Source: Promethearchaeota archaeon
Lineage (GTDB): Archaea > Asgardarchaeota > Lokiarchaeia > Sigyniarchaeales > SOKP01
Assembly (NCBI GenBank): GCA_048938895.1
Contig: JBHLLU010000015.1
Location: 17,055-81,054 of the forward strand
Length of the DNA stretch: 64,000 nucleotides
Direction of reading: 5' to 3'
Below are positions 1-9,774 of the stretch, in pieces (the first letter of the stretch is position 1; each line of letters begins with the position of its first letter). The notes beneath the pieces were generated by a model, which saw only the letters and a program-made list of their open reading frames with translations, searched no databases and had not been told where the DNA came from. The position numbers were made by a program, and so were the translations under genes.

Positions 1-716
1 TCTTCTTTACTAAATCCTCCAGAAAGAACAAGAGCAGTCTGAAAAGATTGATCCGGTTCTAATGCTTTGAATTCAATCTGCAGAGCTGATAAAATTTCTC
101 CTGATCCCTTATACAAGGTATTTGAAAGATTCAATTTTTGATGATCAATTATGAACTCATTTGTAAGACTTGATTCGTAATTTGTTGATTTTGATATAGG
201 GGAGAAACCCCCATATAACCCGGTGTTATCATATTGATAAATAATATCATTTTCCTCGTCATAACCTGACATATCATTATCATATCCATCAAGTCCATTT
301 ATATCAAAATCGAAAACGAAATACATTGAAAAATCATTCATGGTATAGTCTGAAATGTTCTTTAAAGTAAAAAAAGTACTAATATACGGTACTTTAGGGG
401 GATTAAAAATATCTTTATACAAACGAACATATTCCTTTTCTTTCAATGGAATCGCTTTCAGCTTATTTTCTCGACTAAGTTTCTTAAGATATTCGGTTAT
501 ATTGAAATCCAGGGTAATCCTGCTTATAGCAGTTCCCTTTCTAGTATTAACCATATTATAGATAGGTGTTGGTTCAATATTTTTTAAAAGAACTGGAATC
601 GAGCCAATCTTTTTCCCTTCTAGTTTAAAACTAAACCACGGACCGGTTAATTCTTTTTCACTAAGATATATAAGATATTTTCCTTTATATGTAAGTTCTT
701 TTATTGAAAATCCCAT
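1..716 (-). CDS. Hypothetical protein, 5' part only (runs off the window edge)
   Basis: Manual translation: ATG at 716 gives MGFSIKELTYKGKYLIYLSEKELTGPWF...FVFDFDINGLDGYNDND...LVLSGGFSKE, open to position 1. Not in the ORF track because it has no stop inside the window. Confidence 0.75.
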   Translation of the reverse strand, partial: MGFSIKELTYKGKYLIYLSEKELTGPWFSFKLEGKKIGSIPVLLKNIEPTPIYNMVNTRKGTAISRITLDFNITEYLKKLSRENKLKAIPLKEKEYVRLYKDIFNPPKVPYISTFFTLKNISDYTMNDFSMYFVFDFDINGLDGYDNDMSGYDEENDIIYQYDNTGLYGGFSPISKSTNYESSLTNEFIIDHQKLNLSNTLYKGSGEILSALQIEFKALEPDQSFQTALVLSGGFSKE

Positions 717-880
717 AACATATCCAGCAGCGTTTCAAGTTGTGAGCACTTCGTGCCAATCTACCTTCAGTACTATCTTTTTAACCTCCTTTTACTAATT
801 TAAAAATATATTATGAATTCAATTACTTTATTGAGTATGTAAAAGAATAAAGAATCATTAAAAAGTTTGTTTTCTCACAT

Positions 881-1864
881 CTAAAGCGTCTCTATTACTC
901 TATAGGCAATATGGAAAAAAGCATCATTAACATTTTCTCCTGTTTTTGCACTAGTAAGAATAAAATGAAAACCATAGTTAAATGCAACATTCCTAATATC
1001 TTCTTCACTAATTAAATTTTCTTCTATCAAATCTGATTTATTTCCGACAATCACAATAGGAATATTCTTTTGTACTGAGCTATTAATATCATTATACCAT
1101 TTTTCAACACTTTTTAGATTATCCTGGCGAGTTCTATCGATTACAATAAATGCCGCATCAGCACCATTATAAAATTTTGTTCTGTATGGAGCCATTTGAA
1201 AACTTTGACCTCCAATGTCCCAAATAATAAAGTTCATCTTTACTTTGTCTGTCAAATCAACTGATTTCTTCGAAAGCTGCACACCAATAGTTGAGATGTA
1301 ATCTTTTTCGAATGTATTTTTTACAAATCTTCTTATAAGAGAGGTTTTTCCTACTTTAAAATCTCCAGTGAGTATTAGTTTATGAGAATATTCTCCTTCA
1401 ATACTTTGAAGTGAACCAGCTCTCGTCTTTGCTAATGCTTTAATTATTTCTGGAATTTCTGGGGAAACTTCCTCATTACCCTCTAGGATTAACTCAACTT
1501 TTCCTGCTATATGTTCAGAATATACTTTTAATTCAATGTCGCTTGTAGATTGATCAGCAACCGTAGTTAATATAGTTAACGGACCCTGCGAACAAAATGC
1601 AAATTTTCTCTCTCCTGTCATAGTTATATTAAAGAAATTTCCCTTACTCCCAAATTCACTTTTAATTCGTTCTATATAATTATCAAGAATTGCTGAAATT
1701 GCTCCAATAATCGAATCAGATTCTTCCACATCCCCTTCTTTAAAATCTGATACGATTATAAAGCCGTTTCGATCACATATAGCTACTCCTAATATCCCAT
1801 CAACTTCATTAGTATATTTTTTCAATATTTTCATTAGTTGTTCTGTATTTGGGAGTTTTTCCAT
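881..1864 (-). CDS. Roadblock/LC7 domain fused to Rab-like small GTPase
   Basis: N-terminal GILGVAICDRNGFIIVS...IIGAISAIL is roadblock-like. C-terminal G motifs: GDFKVGKTS, STIG, WDIGGQ, GNKSD, TSAK. Confidence 0.88.
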   Translation of the reverse strand: MEKLPNTEQLMKILKKYTNEVDGILGVAICDRNGFIIVSDFKEGDVEESDSIIGAISAILDNYIERIKSEFGSKGNFFNITMTGERKFAFCSQGPLTILTTVADQSTSDIELKVYSEHIAGKVELILEGNEEVSPEIPEIIKALAKTRAGSLQSIEGEYSHKLILTGDFKVGKTSLIRRFVKNTFEKDYISTIGVQLSKKSVDLTDKVKMNFIIWDIGGQSFQMAPYRTKFYNGADAAFIVIDRTRQDNLKSVEKWYNDINSSVQKNIPIVIVGNKSDLIEENLISEEDIRNVAFNYGFHFILTSAKTGENVNDAFFHIAYRVIETL

Positions 1865-2046
1865 TGAAGCTCAAGACCTCTCTAGAGAATTTATCCATTA
1901 TATTCCTTAAAAATTATATTAAGAATATATTCAGATAATATAAATATAGGTATTGATGCAGTTATTAGGATAATATTATAATCATACTTGCGAAGACATT
2001 AGCATACCATATTATTTTTTAATTAAAATACAACCCACTTTTAATT

Positions 2047-2211
2047 ATGATAAGTGATTCCTCTATAAATGATGATATAGCAAGTTGTGAAGAAAATATA
2101 GCTAAAATTTTAGATCGAGCAGTAAAGCTCTTCAGACGAACAGATCTACCTGAATTGGCTGAAAAATGGGATAGGATTTTGAAAACTTACCTTTCAAAAA
2201 AGAGAAGATAA
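2047..2211 (+). CDS. Putative small protein, 54 aa
   Basis: Manual translation MISDSSINDDIASCEENIAKILDRAVKLFRRTDLPELAEKWDRILKTYLSKKRR. Fills the gap and ends 1 nt from the hisB stop. Confidence 0.4.
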   Translation: MISDSSINDDIASCEENIAKILDRAVKLFRRTDLPELAEKWDRILKTYLSKKRR

Positions 2212-2212
2212 T

Positions 2213-2785
2213 CTATAATATTCCTTTACTCGAGGGAATTTCATCTGAAGTAATTTTTTTTGCTTGTTTAATCGCTCTTGCTAGTGCTTTAAATACAGCT
2301 TCAATTTTGTGATGTTGATCTTCGCCATAAAGTACATGGATATGAAGATTCATTTTTGCATTTTCCGCAAAAGAATTAAAAAAATGTACTACATCTTCCA
2401 CAGCAACATCTTCTATGTCACATTCTTTTAAATTTAAATCGAGAATCAGTGCTTTTCGACCACTAAAATCTACAACACATCTTGCAAGAACCTCATCCAT
2501 AGGAACTAAGGCAAAACCATATCTATTAATTCCTTTTTTATCACCTAGTGCTTTTTGAAAGCATTCTCCAAGAGATATTCCAATATCCTCTATTATATGG
2601 TGAGTCAGATCTCCATTTGCGTTTAATTTAATATCTGTATTAGAGTGTGAGGATAATAATCTTATCATATGATCCATAAATTTAAAACCTGTATCAATCT
2701 CGCTTTTACCAGAGCCATCTAAATTCAACTCAACAGCTATCTCAGTTTCATTTGTTTTTCTCGTAATTTTAGCAGTACGTTCCAT
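2213..2785 (-). CDS. hisB: Imidazoleglycerol-phosphate dehydratase
   Basis: RKTNET, FMDHM, HHIIED, PMDE, HHKIEAVFKA and PSSKG motifs. Confidence 0.97.
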   Translation of the reverse strand: MERTAKITRKTNETEIAVELNLDGSGKSEIDTGFKFMDHMIRLLSSHSNTDIKLNANGDLTHHIIEDIGISLGECFQKALGDKKGINRYGFALVPMDEVLARCVVDFSGRKALILDLNLKECDIEDVAVEDVVHFFNSFAENAKMNLHIHVLYGEDQHHKIEAVFKALARAIKQAKKITSDEIPSSKGIL

Positions 2786-2852
2786 TTACATAACACCAAT
2801 GAATAATATTAAAGCAAAGATTATAATTTTTAGGAATTTTTTTTTAATTACT

Positions 2853-4238
2853 ATGCCTAAAATCTCATTTATTGGTGCAGGATCTTTCGTATTTGGTGAA
2901 GCTGTGCTTACTGATATCTTAACTTTTCCAGCACTCAAAAAAGATACCATCGTTTGTCTTGAGGACATTGATCCTGGTCGTTTAGATATTATGTTCAAGT
3001 ATATGAATAAAATTGTTGAAGATAATTATCAGGACCTTAAAGATGTGCAAATAGAAAAAACCCTAAACCAAAAAAAAGCAATTGAGGATGCTAAATATAT
3101 CATAAATGCTATCCAGGTTGGATGGTTAGATGTGATGAAATATGATTTTGATATACCTTTAAAATTTGGAGTAACTCAATGTGTAGGAGATACGCTAGGT
3201 CCGGGAGGAGTATTTCGTTTCCTTAGAACTGTACCTGCATTGAAATCGATTATAGAAGACATTCAAGATATTGGATATAATGCTGGAAAAAATGGAGATA
3301 AACCACTTTTTATAAATTATACAAACCCTATGGCAATGAATACTTGGTACTGTAATACTTTATTACCAGATTCTACAATTGGTCTCTGTCATAGTGTTCA
3401 AAGCACATCTAAACTCTTAAGGGCTGCTATTGGTGTAAATAAAGAAGATTTCAGTTTCCTTTGTGCTGGTATTAATCATATGGCATGGTTTATTGAAGCA
3501 TGGTATAGAAATCAAGGGGATTCTACCTGGCAGGATGCTTATCCTGAATTAAAAAAAGAGCTGAATGAAAACCCAAGATTTAATAAATCTGTTAAGGTTC
3601 GCTTGGATATGATGAATGCGGTTGGTTATTTTGTAACTGAAAGTTCTGGACATCTTTCTGAATATTTACCTTATTACCGTAAAAGAGAAGATTTGCTTGA
3701 AAAATATAAGGGTGTTAATATGTATTATTCAAACTTAAAGCATGGATCTTATTACGATTTATGTGTTCAAATTGAAGGACAAGCAGAATTAAGATATAAA
3801 AGAAGATTAAAAAAGTCAAAGTTAAAAATTAAAAGAGGAGAGATTAAACCTTCAACTGAGTATGCATCACATATAATTAATGCAATTGAGACAGATAAGT
3901 CTTTTAGATTTAATGGAAATGTAATGAATAAACAAAGAAGTATAATAACAAATTTACCAGAGAACTGCTGTGTAGAAGTACCCGTATTTGCGGATCATCA
4001 CGGATTACATCCTCAAGGAAGTATTCAATTACCTACAATTTGCCAAGCGCTCTGCCTTTCAAATATAATGGTCCAAAAGGCAGCCGTTGAGGGAGTAATT
4101 GAATTGGATAAAGAAAAAATTTATCATGCAATATTGTTAGACCCGAATACGGCTAGTGTATGCTCTCCTCAAGAAATTCGAGACATGGTGGATGAAATGT
4201 TTGAAAAAGAGGCAAAATGGCTTCCGCAATTTAATTAA
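2853..4238 (+). CDS. melA: Glycoside hydrolase family 4 (NAD+/Mn-dependent alpha-galactosidase-like)
   Basis: KISFIGAGS, GDTLGPGG, NYTNPM, GLCHS, GINHMAW, TESSGHLSEY. Start moved to MPKISF (ATG 2853) from the track's 2799. Confidence 0.9.
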   Translation: MPKISFIGAGSFVFGEAVLTDILTFPALKKDTIVCLEDIDPGRLDIMFKYMNKIVEDNYQDLKDVQIEKTLNQKKAIEDAKYIINAIQVGWLDVMKYDFDIPLKFGVTQCVGDTLGPGGVFRFLRTVPALKSIIEDIQDIGYNAGKNGDKPLFINYTNPMAMNTWYCNTLLPDSTIGLCHSVQSTSKLLRAAIGVNKEDFSFLCAGINHMAWFIEAWYRNQGDSTWQDAYPELKKELNENPRFNKSVKVRLDMMNAVGYFVTESSGHLSEYLPYYRKREDLLEKYKGVNMYYSNLKHGSYYDLCVQIEGQAELRYKRRLKKSKLKIKRGEIKPSTEYASHIINAIETDKSFRFNGNVMNKQRSIITNLPENCCVEVPVFADHHGLHPQGSIQLPTICQALCLSNIMVQKAAVEGVIELDKEKIYHAILLDPNTASVCSPQEIRDMVDEMFEKEAKWLPQFN

Positions 4239-6166
4239 TTATTATTATTAATATAGTCTATAATGAATTTTCTATGTATGTCTGGTATTTTGTAAAGTTT
4301 AAAAACTAAATTATCAATTTCCTTTTGTATATCTGTAAATTTGTTATCTTCTTCCTTGTGTAAATCTAACAGAGTCTTAACTTTTAAAATTATTTGAGCT
4401 GCTAAATTTTTTTCTTTAACAGTCTGTGGAATACAAATAGGGAAATCTTTAATCTTTTCAATTAATATGCGTGGAAATAATTGCTTATAAGAACCAAATA
4501 GTTTTATAAAATAAAATGATAATAGTTTGGAATTTATAATGCCTAAAAAATACAAATTGTTAAATTCATCTATTGGTGATTTATAAACTCTTAGATTGTA
4601 GAAAGATTGAGAAGTTAATGAGAACTCTTTATCATAAGTTGCACAGATTAGGTTGTTTTGGGTTAACTGCCTAATAATAATATGATCTATATATAAATTT
4701 AAATCTTTATAATTAATCCCTGGTTTTTCTACTTCAATATATTTTGAACTCTTAATCTTATATCGATTAATTGAATCTATAAACTTGACATACTTTTGTG
4801 TATTCTCTTTGGGGGGTGATTCAAATATGATTTTTTCAACATTTTGCTTTTTAAGAGGTTTTTTGCAGTCAGGACAAAGGAATTCTCTTTGAGGAATGGG
4901 GTAAAAAGTTTGACAACTCTCACAAAAAATCACTTTTCCTTTCTTAGTCAATTCTACACCTCTGCTTATAAGGATTTTAAATCCTTTTTTCTTCATTAAA
5001 TCTTTTAATTTAGGAAACTGAATATTTAAATGATTAATTATGAAGCTATCTCCTTCATTTAGATGAATTAAATAATTATAATCCCACCCTTTTAAATCAC
5101 TCTGTCTTATTTTTCTATAATTTTGTCCCGAAATCTTAACTTTGATAAAGTTATTTTCTCTTTCTTGAAGATCATGTTCTTTTTCCAAAATGAGGACAAT
5201 GTTTGAGACAACAGGATCCTCAAATTGGGAACCAACTACATTAATTTCTTGTATCTTTGTATTGTTATATATATATTTCCTTAATATCGAACGATTTGAC
5301 AGTGCCAATAGTGAATCTGGAACAATATACCCAAGCATGCCTTCATTTTTAAGTAATCTTATACCAATTTCGATGAAAATCTGGTAATAATCATACTGTC
5401 CTTTACTTGTTTTGAAATTTCTATTCAATATTAATTTCTTTTGTTCGTGTGGGATATCTCTGATAAATAAATATGGTGGATTTCCTACCACGTAATCATA
5501 AACATTAGTGTCACTTAAATTCAATGAATTTGAATTTATTATGTTAAACAATGGAGGGAGAGATAATTTTTCATGATCTCTGATGATTTTTATTAATTCA
5601 AATAACTCAAACATAACATTGGCTTGACACAAAATACAGGAAACTGGATTTATATCTATGCCAAAAATATTTCTATTTACATTTGAAATTATATATTTTG
5701 CTTCTTCCGGTGAAACCTCAGAAAAATCTAGCTTATTGATCTTTTTTAAAATACTTTGGACTAAACGCCTAATAGTTACAATTATAAAGCTTCCTGATCC
5801 ACAGCTTACATCTACAAGTTTTTTAGTTTGAATATCCTTACCCTCTAAATAACCAACCGCATTTAGGATGTAGTCTACTATTATTTTTGGGGTATAAAAT
5901 TCACCTAATTTCTTTCTTTCATTTTGATCTAGTTTCTTCTCATAATACTTACCTAGTGAATTGAAATTTAATTCAAAGAGATTTGATTCACTTCTTTTAA
6001 CCTCTGTGCTATATTTTTCATCAAGATTTTCAAAATAATCTTCAAAATATCTATCCAGGTTGAGTGTAATATTAGATACCTTATAATGATCAAGGAGAAT
6101 TTGAATTAGGTTTTCACTTTTCATATATTCAATAAAATCATATATTAGGGAATAGTCAGAATTCAC
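4235..6166 (-). CDS. N6-adenine DNA methyltransferase (TaqI/Eco57I-like, gamma class) with C-terminal target-recognition region
   Basis: GEFYTP, DVSCGSGSF (motif I), GIDIN, VVGNPPY (motif IV), GIINSKLL in a TaqI_C-like region. Confidence 0.9.
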   Translation of the reverse strand: MNSDYSLIYDFIEYMKSENLIQILLDHYKVSNITLNLDRYFEDYFENLDEKYSTEVKRSESNLFELNFNSLGKYYEKKLDQNERKKLGEFYTPKIIVDYILNAVGYLEGKDIQTKKLVDVSCGSGSFIIVTIRRLVQSILKKINKLDFSEVSPEEAKYIISNVNRNIFGIDINPVSCILCQANVMFELFELIKIIRDHEKLSLPPLFNIINSNSLNLSDTNVYDYVVGNPPYLFIRDIPHEQKKLILNRNFKTSKGQYDYYQIFIEIGIRLLKNEGMLGYIVPDSLLALSNRSILRKYIYNNTKIQEINVVGSQFEDPVVSNIVLILEKEHDLQERENNFIKVKISGQNYRKIRQSDLKGWDYNYLIHLNEGDSFIINHLNIQFPKLKDLMKKKGFKILISRGVELTKKGKVIFCESCQTFYPIPQREFLCPDCKKPLKKQNVEKIIFESPPKENTQKYVKFIDSINRYKIKSSKYIEVEKPGINYKDLNLYIDHIIIRQLTQNNLICATYDKEFSLTSQSFYNLRVYKSPIDEFNNLYFLGIINSKLLSFYFIKLFGSYKQLFPRILIEKIKDFPICIPQTVKEKNLAAQIILKVKTLLDLHKEEDNKFTDIQKEIDNLVFKLYKIPDIHRKFIIDYINNNN

Positions 6167-6361
6167 TTTGTTAACCTAAGTTTTGCATATATTTCTTTTT
6201 TTTTTATTTTTAATTTAATAAATATAATAAGTATCTTCAAAGATTAAGTATGAATATCATGGATAGATAAAACTAATTCAATATAAAACATATTTATATA
6301 ATATTGAACTATTATCTTTAATTTAATCTAAGAAATTCATTATTTTAGATGAAATTCACCC

Positions 6362-7474
6362 GTGATTTTTAGCATAATTCTTATAATTATATCACCTTGT
6401 ATTTCCATTATTGGAATTTATTATTCTCTACTCAAAAGAGAGATTTTTGGAACTTATCTAAATACAGTTTTAAACATCTTACTCTATGTATTTTTTGGTA
6501 TCTTTTTTCTTCCATTATATACTCTATCAGCAGAAACCTCAATAGAAGAATCTATTGCTCTTTGGATATGGAAACTTTCCTTAATTTTTTGGATGATTTC
6601 AATAAGTCTCTTAAGTATTCAGCAAAAATTAATAATTAAGATTAAGAAAATATCAAACTTTCCTTCAATACTTTATGCTTTTATAGGTGGTATAATTATA
6701 AGCTTAGTTATCCTCCCTAGTTCTATTGAAATTTTACAGGGAAATGATAATGGTTATTATTATAGATTTAATAATTCAATTTTGCTTTTAAGTATTGTAT
6801 TTTTCAATATTTTTATTTTATCTCTCTTAATCTTTTATTTATTTAATAATTTAAGTGATCTCAGAGATAAAATAGCAGGAAGAAATTTAAGCATTCTTAC
6901 TGTTCAATTTGGCATGGTTATAGTATCTTTCACTTTAAATCTTTTTACTCAAATTACTATTTTTAAGTTTGTCTATTATGCAGTTTATTTTATAGGAGCT
7001 TTATTTGTAACTTACATAATGTACAAGCAACCCTCCTTATTTCTTGAACTTACTAATAAATTATTTGACTTTATTATCTTTCATAAGAGTGGTATTCTCT
7101 TATATTCTTTCAATTTTGAAACAAGGAAAGAAACTGATGATTCTCTCTTGAAAGGATCAATCCTTATTGGAATAAATCACATCTTAGCTAACTTTATAGA
7201 TAGGAAAGATCAACTAAGTCTTATAAAAATGAAGGATCGAGATTTGATTTTCGAATATGATAATAAGTATGATTATGCCATTCTTTTAACTACAAATCAT
7301 AAACATATCTTTATAGAAAAAGCTGTTAGGAGGTTTATGCGTAAATTTTCAGATTTAAATGGAGAAAAATTGAAAAATATGAAAGGTTTAATTGATGTTT
7401 CAGAATTTAGAAATGCAAAAGATCTAATTACAGAAATGTTTACACCTTACATAAAAAAAACTAATACCGAATAA
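6362..7474 (+). CDS. 7TM membrane protein with C-terminal longin-like domain
   Basis: About seven hydrophobic segments over residues 1-220, then FIIFHKSGILLYSFNF...LIGINHIL...LIFEYD...AILLTT, a longin-type beta-beta-alpha-beta-beta-beta-alpha pattern. Confidence 0.72.
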   Translation: MIFSIILIIISPCISIIGIYYSLLKREIFGTYLNTVLNILLYVFFGIFFLPLYTLSAETSIEESIALWIWKLSLIFWMISISLLSIQQKLIIKIKKISNFPSILYAFIGGIIISLVILPSSIEILQGNDNGYYYRFNNSILLLSIVFFNIFILSLLIFYLFNNLSDLRDKIAGRNLSILTVQFGMVIVSFTLNLFTQITIFKFVYYAVYFIGALFVTYIMYKQPSLFLELTNKLFDFIIFHKSGILLYSFNFETRKETDDSLLKGSILIGINHILANFIDRKDQLSLIKMKDRDLIFEYDNKYDYAILLTTNHKHIFIEKAVRRFMRKFSDLNGEKLKNMKGLIDVSEFRNAKDLITEMFTPYIKKTNTE

Positions 7475-7478
7475 AATC

Positions 7479-8621
7479 ATGTACATCACATTTTTTATTA
7501 TCTTAGGGATTGGATATTTTTTTATTTTTTGTGTAGCAATTTTCACCCTAATTCACATTGCTCGATATCATAAGAACTATGGAATAAAATTGATGGCTAT
7601 TCTGAATTTCCTAACAATCTTTAATATAATTATTATATATTCTTCGCTCTATATTATTTCAATTACGTTTTTCTTCTCTGAAACCCTTAATGTCATCTTA
7701 TGGAAATTCTCAATTCTCTCTGGACTAGTTAGTTTACTTTTAAATACAATTATTTTCACTTTTTTAAGACATTATAAAGAATTACCAGATTTTCCTTTTC
7801 TATATCTCATTGCTCTTTTTGGAATTGTTTCCGGTATTTTATTTTTCTCAAATTCTATTAGTGTAGATATTAATGCCTCTGGATCACCCCCCTATTTCAT
7901 TATAGATACATCTCAAATCAATTACAATTATGAAATTGTCACCGGAATATTAATAACTATTTTTCAGTGTTCAAATACAATTTATTATTTTATTCTCTCC
8001 AACCTTATCCATAAAAAATCCCGAAATAAAGATCTTACTAAAGGCTTGATCAAAAATACCTTATTTTTCCCAATCCCTATATTACTATATATTTTATACA
8101 TTTTTCTTCAATTACCGATATTTAGAGAATTACATATAATATCTCTATGGATAATTATCTATGGATACTGCATAATTTTATTAAGAGAGCCTGAAATGTT
8201 CATAGAATTAACAAATAAAATTTATTACATTAATATTTATCACAAATCAGGAATCTTACTTTACTCTTACAAATTTGCTAAATCTCCTGATGAAGTAGAT
8301 TCAGCTGTTTGGGGAAATATTCTTATTGGGATTAATTACATCTTATCTGAGTTTGTAGATAAACGAAATCAAATTGATCTTCTACAGACGAATAATACAG
8401 ATATAATTGTTAACTATGATGAGTTAGGATTTGCCATTGTTCTAATAACAAATAAAAAAAATCAAATTTTACAGAATTTAATGAATATATTTACTGAGAA
8501 TTTCAAAAATAAATTTCATGAGGAATTACTCGAAATTCAGGATTTAAATAAATTAATAAATGTCTCTGATTTCAACGGAGCAAAAGAGCTTATTGAACAA
8601 GGATTTCAGCTATATCTATAA
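7479..8621 (+). CDS. 7TM membrane protein with C-terminal longin-like domain (paralog of 6362..7474)
   Basis: Shares ELTNK, HKSGILLYS, ILIGIN.IL..F.D and LI.VS.F..AK.LI with the upstream gene. Intergenic gap is 4 bp. Confidence 0.72.
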   Translation: MYITFFIILGIGYFFIFCVAIFTLIHIARYHKNYGIKLMAILNFLTIFNIIIIYSSLYIISITFFFSETLNVILWKFSILSGLVSLLLNTIIFTFLRHYKELPDFPFLYLIALFGIVSGILFFSNSISVDINASGSPPYFIIDTSQINYNYEIVTGILITIFQCSNTIYYFILSNLIHKKSRNKDLTKGLIKNTLFFPIPILLYILYIFLQLPIFRELHIISLWIIIYGYCIILLREPEMFIELTNKIYYINIYHKSGILLYSYKFAKSPDEVDSAVWGNILIGINYILSEFVDKRNQIDLLQTNNTDIIVNYDELGFAIVLITNKKNQILQNLMNIFTENFKNKFHEELLEIQDLNKLINVSDFNGAKELIEQGFQLYL

Positions 8622-8726
8622 TAAATCATTGTTTAAAGCTTTTATCCTTTAAAATTGGACTATAAAACCCTTTTATAAAGTAATCATTTTAGATCCTTAA
8701 TAAAATTAAAAAACAACTATCTTAAA

Positions 8727-9311
8727 ATGGCTTTAAAATTTTGTCCAAAATGTGGAAATGAATTGGAACCGGATGCTTCTTTTTGTGACGCTTGTGGCGC
8801 AAGCTTGAAAGAGAGATCTGAGTTATCTCAACAGCCAGTTTCTGAAGTAAATAAAGAACCAGAAGTTGAACCAGAAGGAGTCATTTATGCTCCTTTTTTA
8901 AAAAGACTAATTGCTATCTTTTTAGATTCAATAATAATTGGTTTAATAGGTTCAACATTCTCATGGCTTTTCATTAGTCCATGGTATGGTTTAAATTTTT
9001 TTGATCCTTTTCGGGCGTGGTGGTTCACAATGCCTTTTGATTGGATCGTCGGTTTTTTGTATTTTTGGGGATTAGAAACACGAAATGATGGCCAAACTGT
9101 AGGAAAAATGGCTATGGGTATTAGAACTGTAGATGAACATACATTGGGACAAGCAACACCTAGTAATTATGCAATAAATAATATTCTTAAGCCATCTGGT
9201 CTAATAATAATAGATTTTCTCATTGGAATCTTTAAAAATTCAGGAGATCCTAAACTTAGACTAAGAGTGATGCAAAATATTTCAGAAACAGTTGTTATTA
9301 TGAAAAAATAG
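8727..9311 (+). CDS. Zinc-ribbon plus RDD family membrane protein
   Basis: FCPKCG...FCDACG at the N-terminus; APFLKRLIAIFLD and GQTVGKMAMGIR are RDD motifs. Confidence 0.88.
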   Translation: MALKFCPKCGNELEPDASFCDACGASLKERSELSQQPVSEVNKEPEVEPEGVIYAPFLKRLIAIFLDSIIIGLIGSTFSWLFISPWYGLNFFDPFRAWWFTMPFDWIVGFLYFWGLETRNDGQTVGKMAMGIRTVDEHTLGQATPSNYAINNILKPSGLIIIDFLIGIFKNSGDPKLRLRVMQNISETVVIMKK

Positions 9312-9433
9312 GTTTTTAAAACCTTTAATATTATTTTTTTAATATATATTAGAAAATTGGGAGTTCCTCAATATTTATAAAGCTAAATTTGTATGAATAC
9401 CATCAGAGAATATATTATCGAGATGATATAAAG

Positions 9434-9649
9434 ATGGAAATTTATGATATCCCACAAGATAAAGATTGGCAATCGGATTGGACTACAATTGTAACTATTT
9501 TTGATACAATAGATCAACTAAAATCCTTATTTACTGAGCTTGATGTGCCCTACTTACGTGATGTTCAGCAAAAAATATTAATTCTAAATCTTGAAAAATA
9601 TGCTTGGACATTGCAAAACTATATAATAGAGAAATATTCAAGAATTTGA
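9434..9649 (+). CDS. Small helical hypothetical protein
   Basis: Protein-like sequence from MEIYDIP (ATG 9434). The track starts it at TTG 9389. Confidence 0.6.
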   Translation: MEIYDIPQDKDWQSDWTTIVTIFDTIDQLKSLFTELDVPYLRDVQQKILILNLEKYAWTLQNYIIEKYSRI

Positions 9650-9774
9650 TTCTAAATTAGATAAACAAGGATTCTCAAAAAACAATTTACATTTTGGTCA
9701 AAACAACTGATTTTAGAAACATATTTTAAGATATCTTTCAAATATATTAAGAAAGATACAATTTTTGTAAATAT

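Noticed and set aside
355-561. 68-aa plus-strand ORF
   Set aside because: Antisense shadow of the longer minus-strand ORF 1..716.
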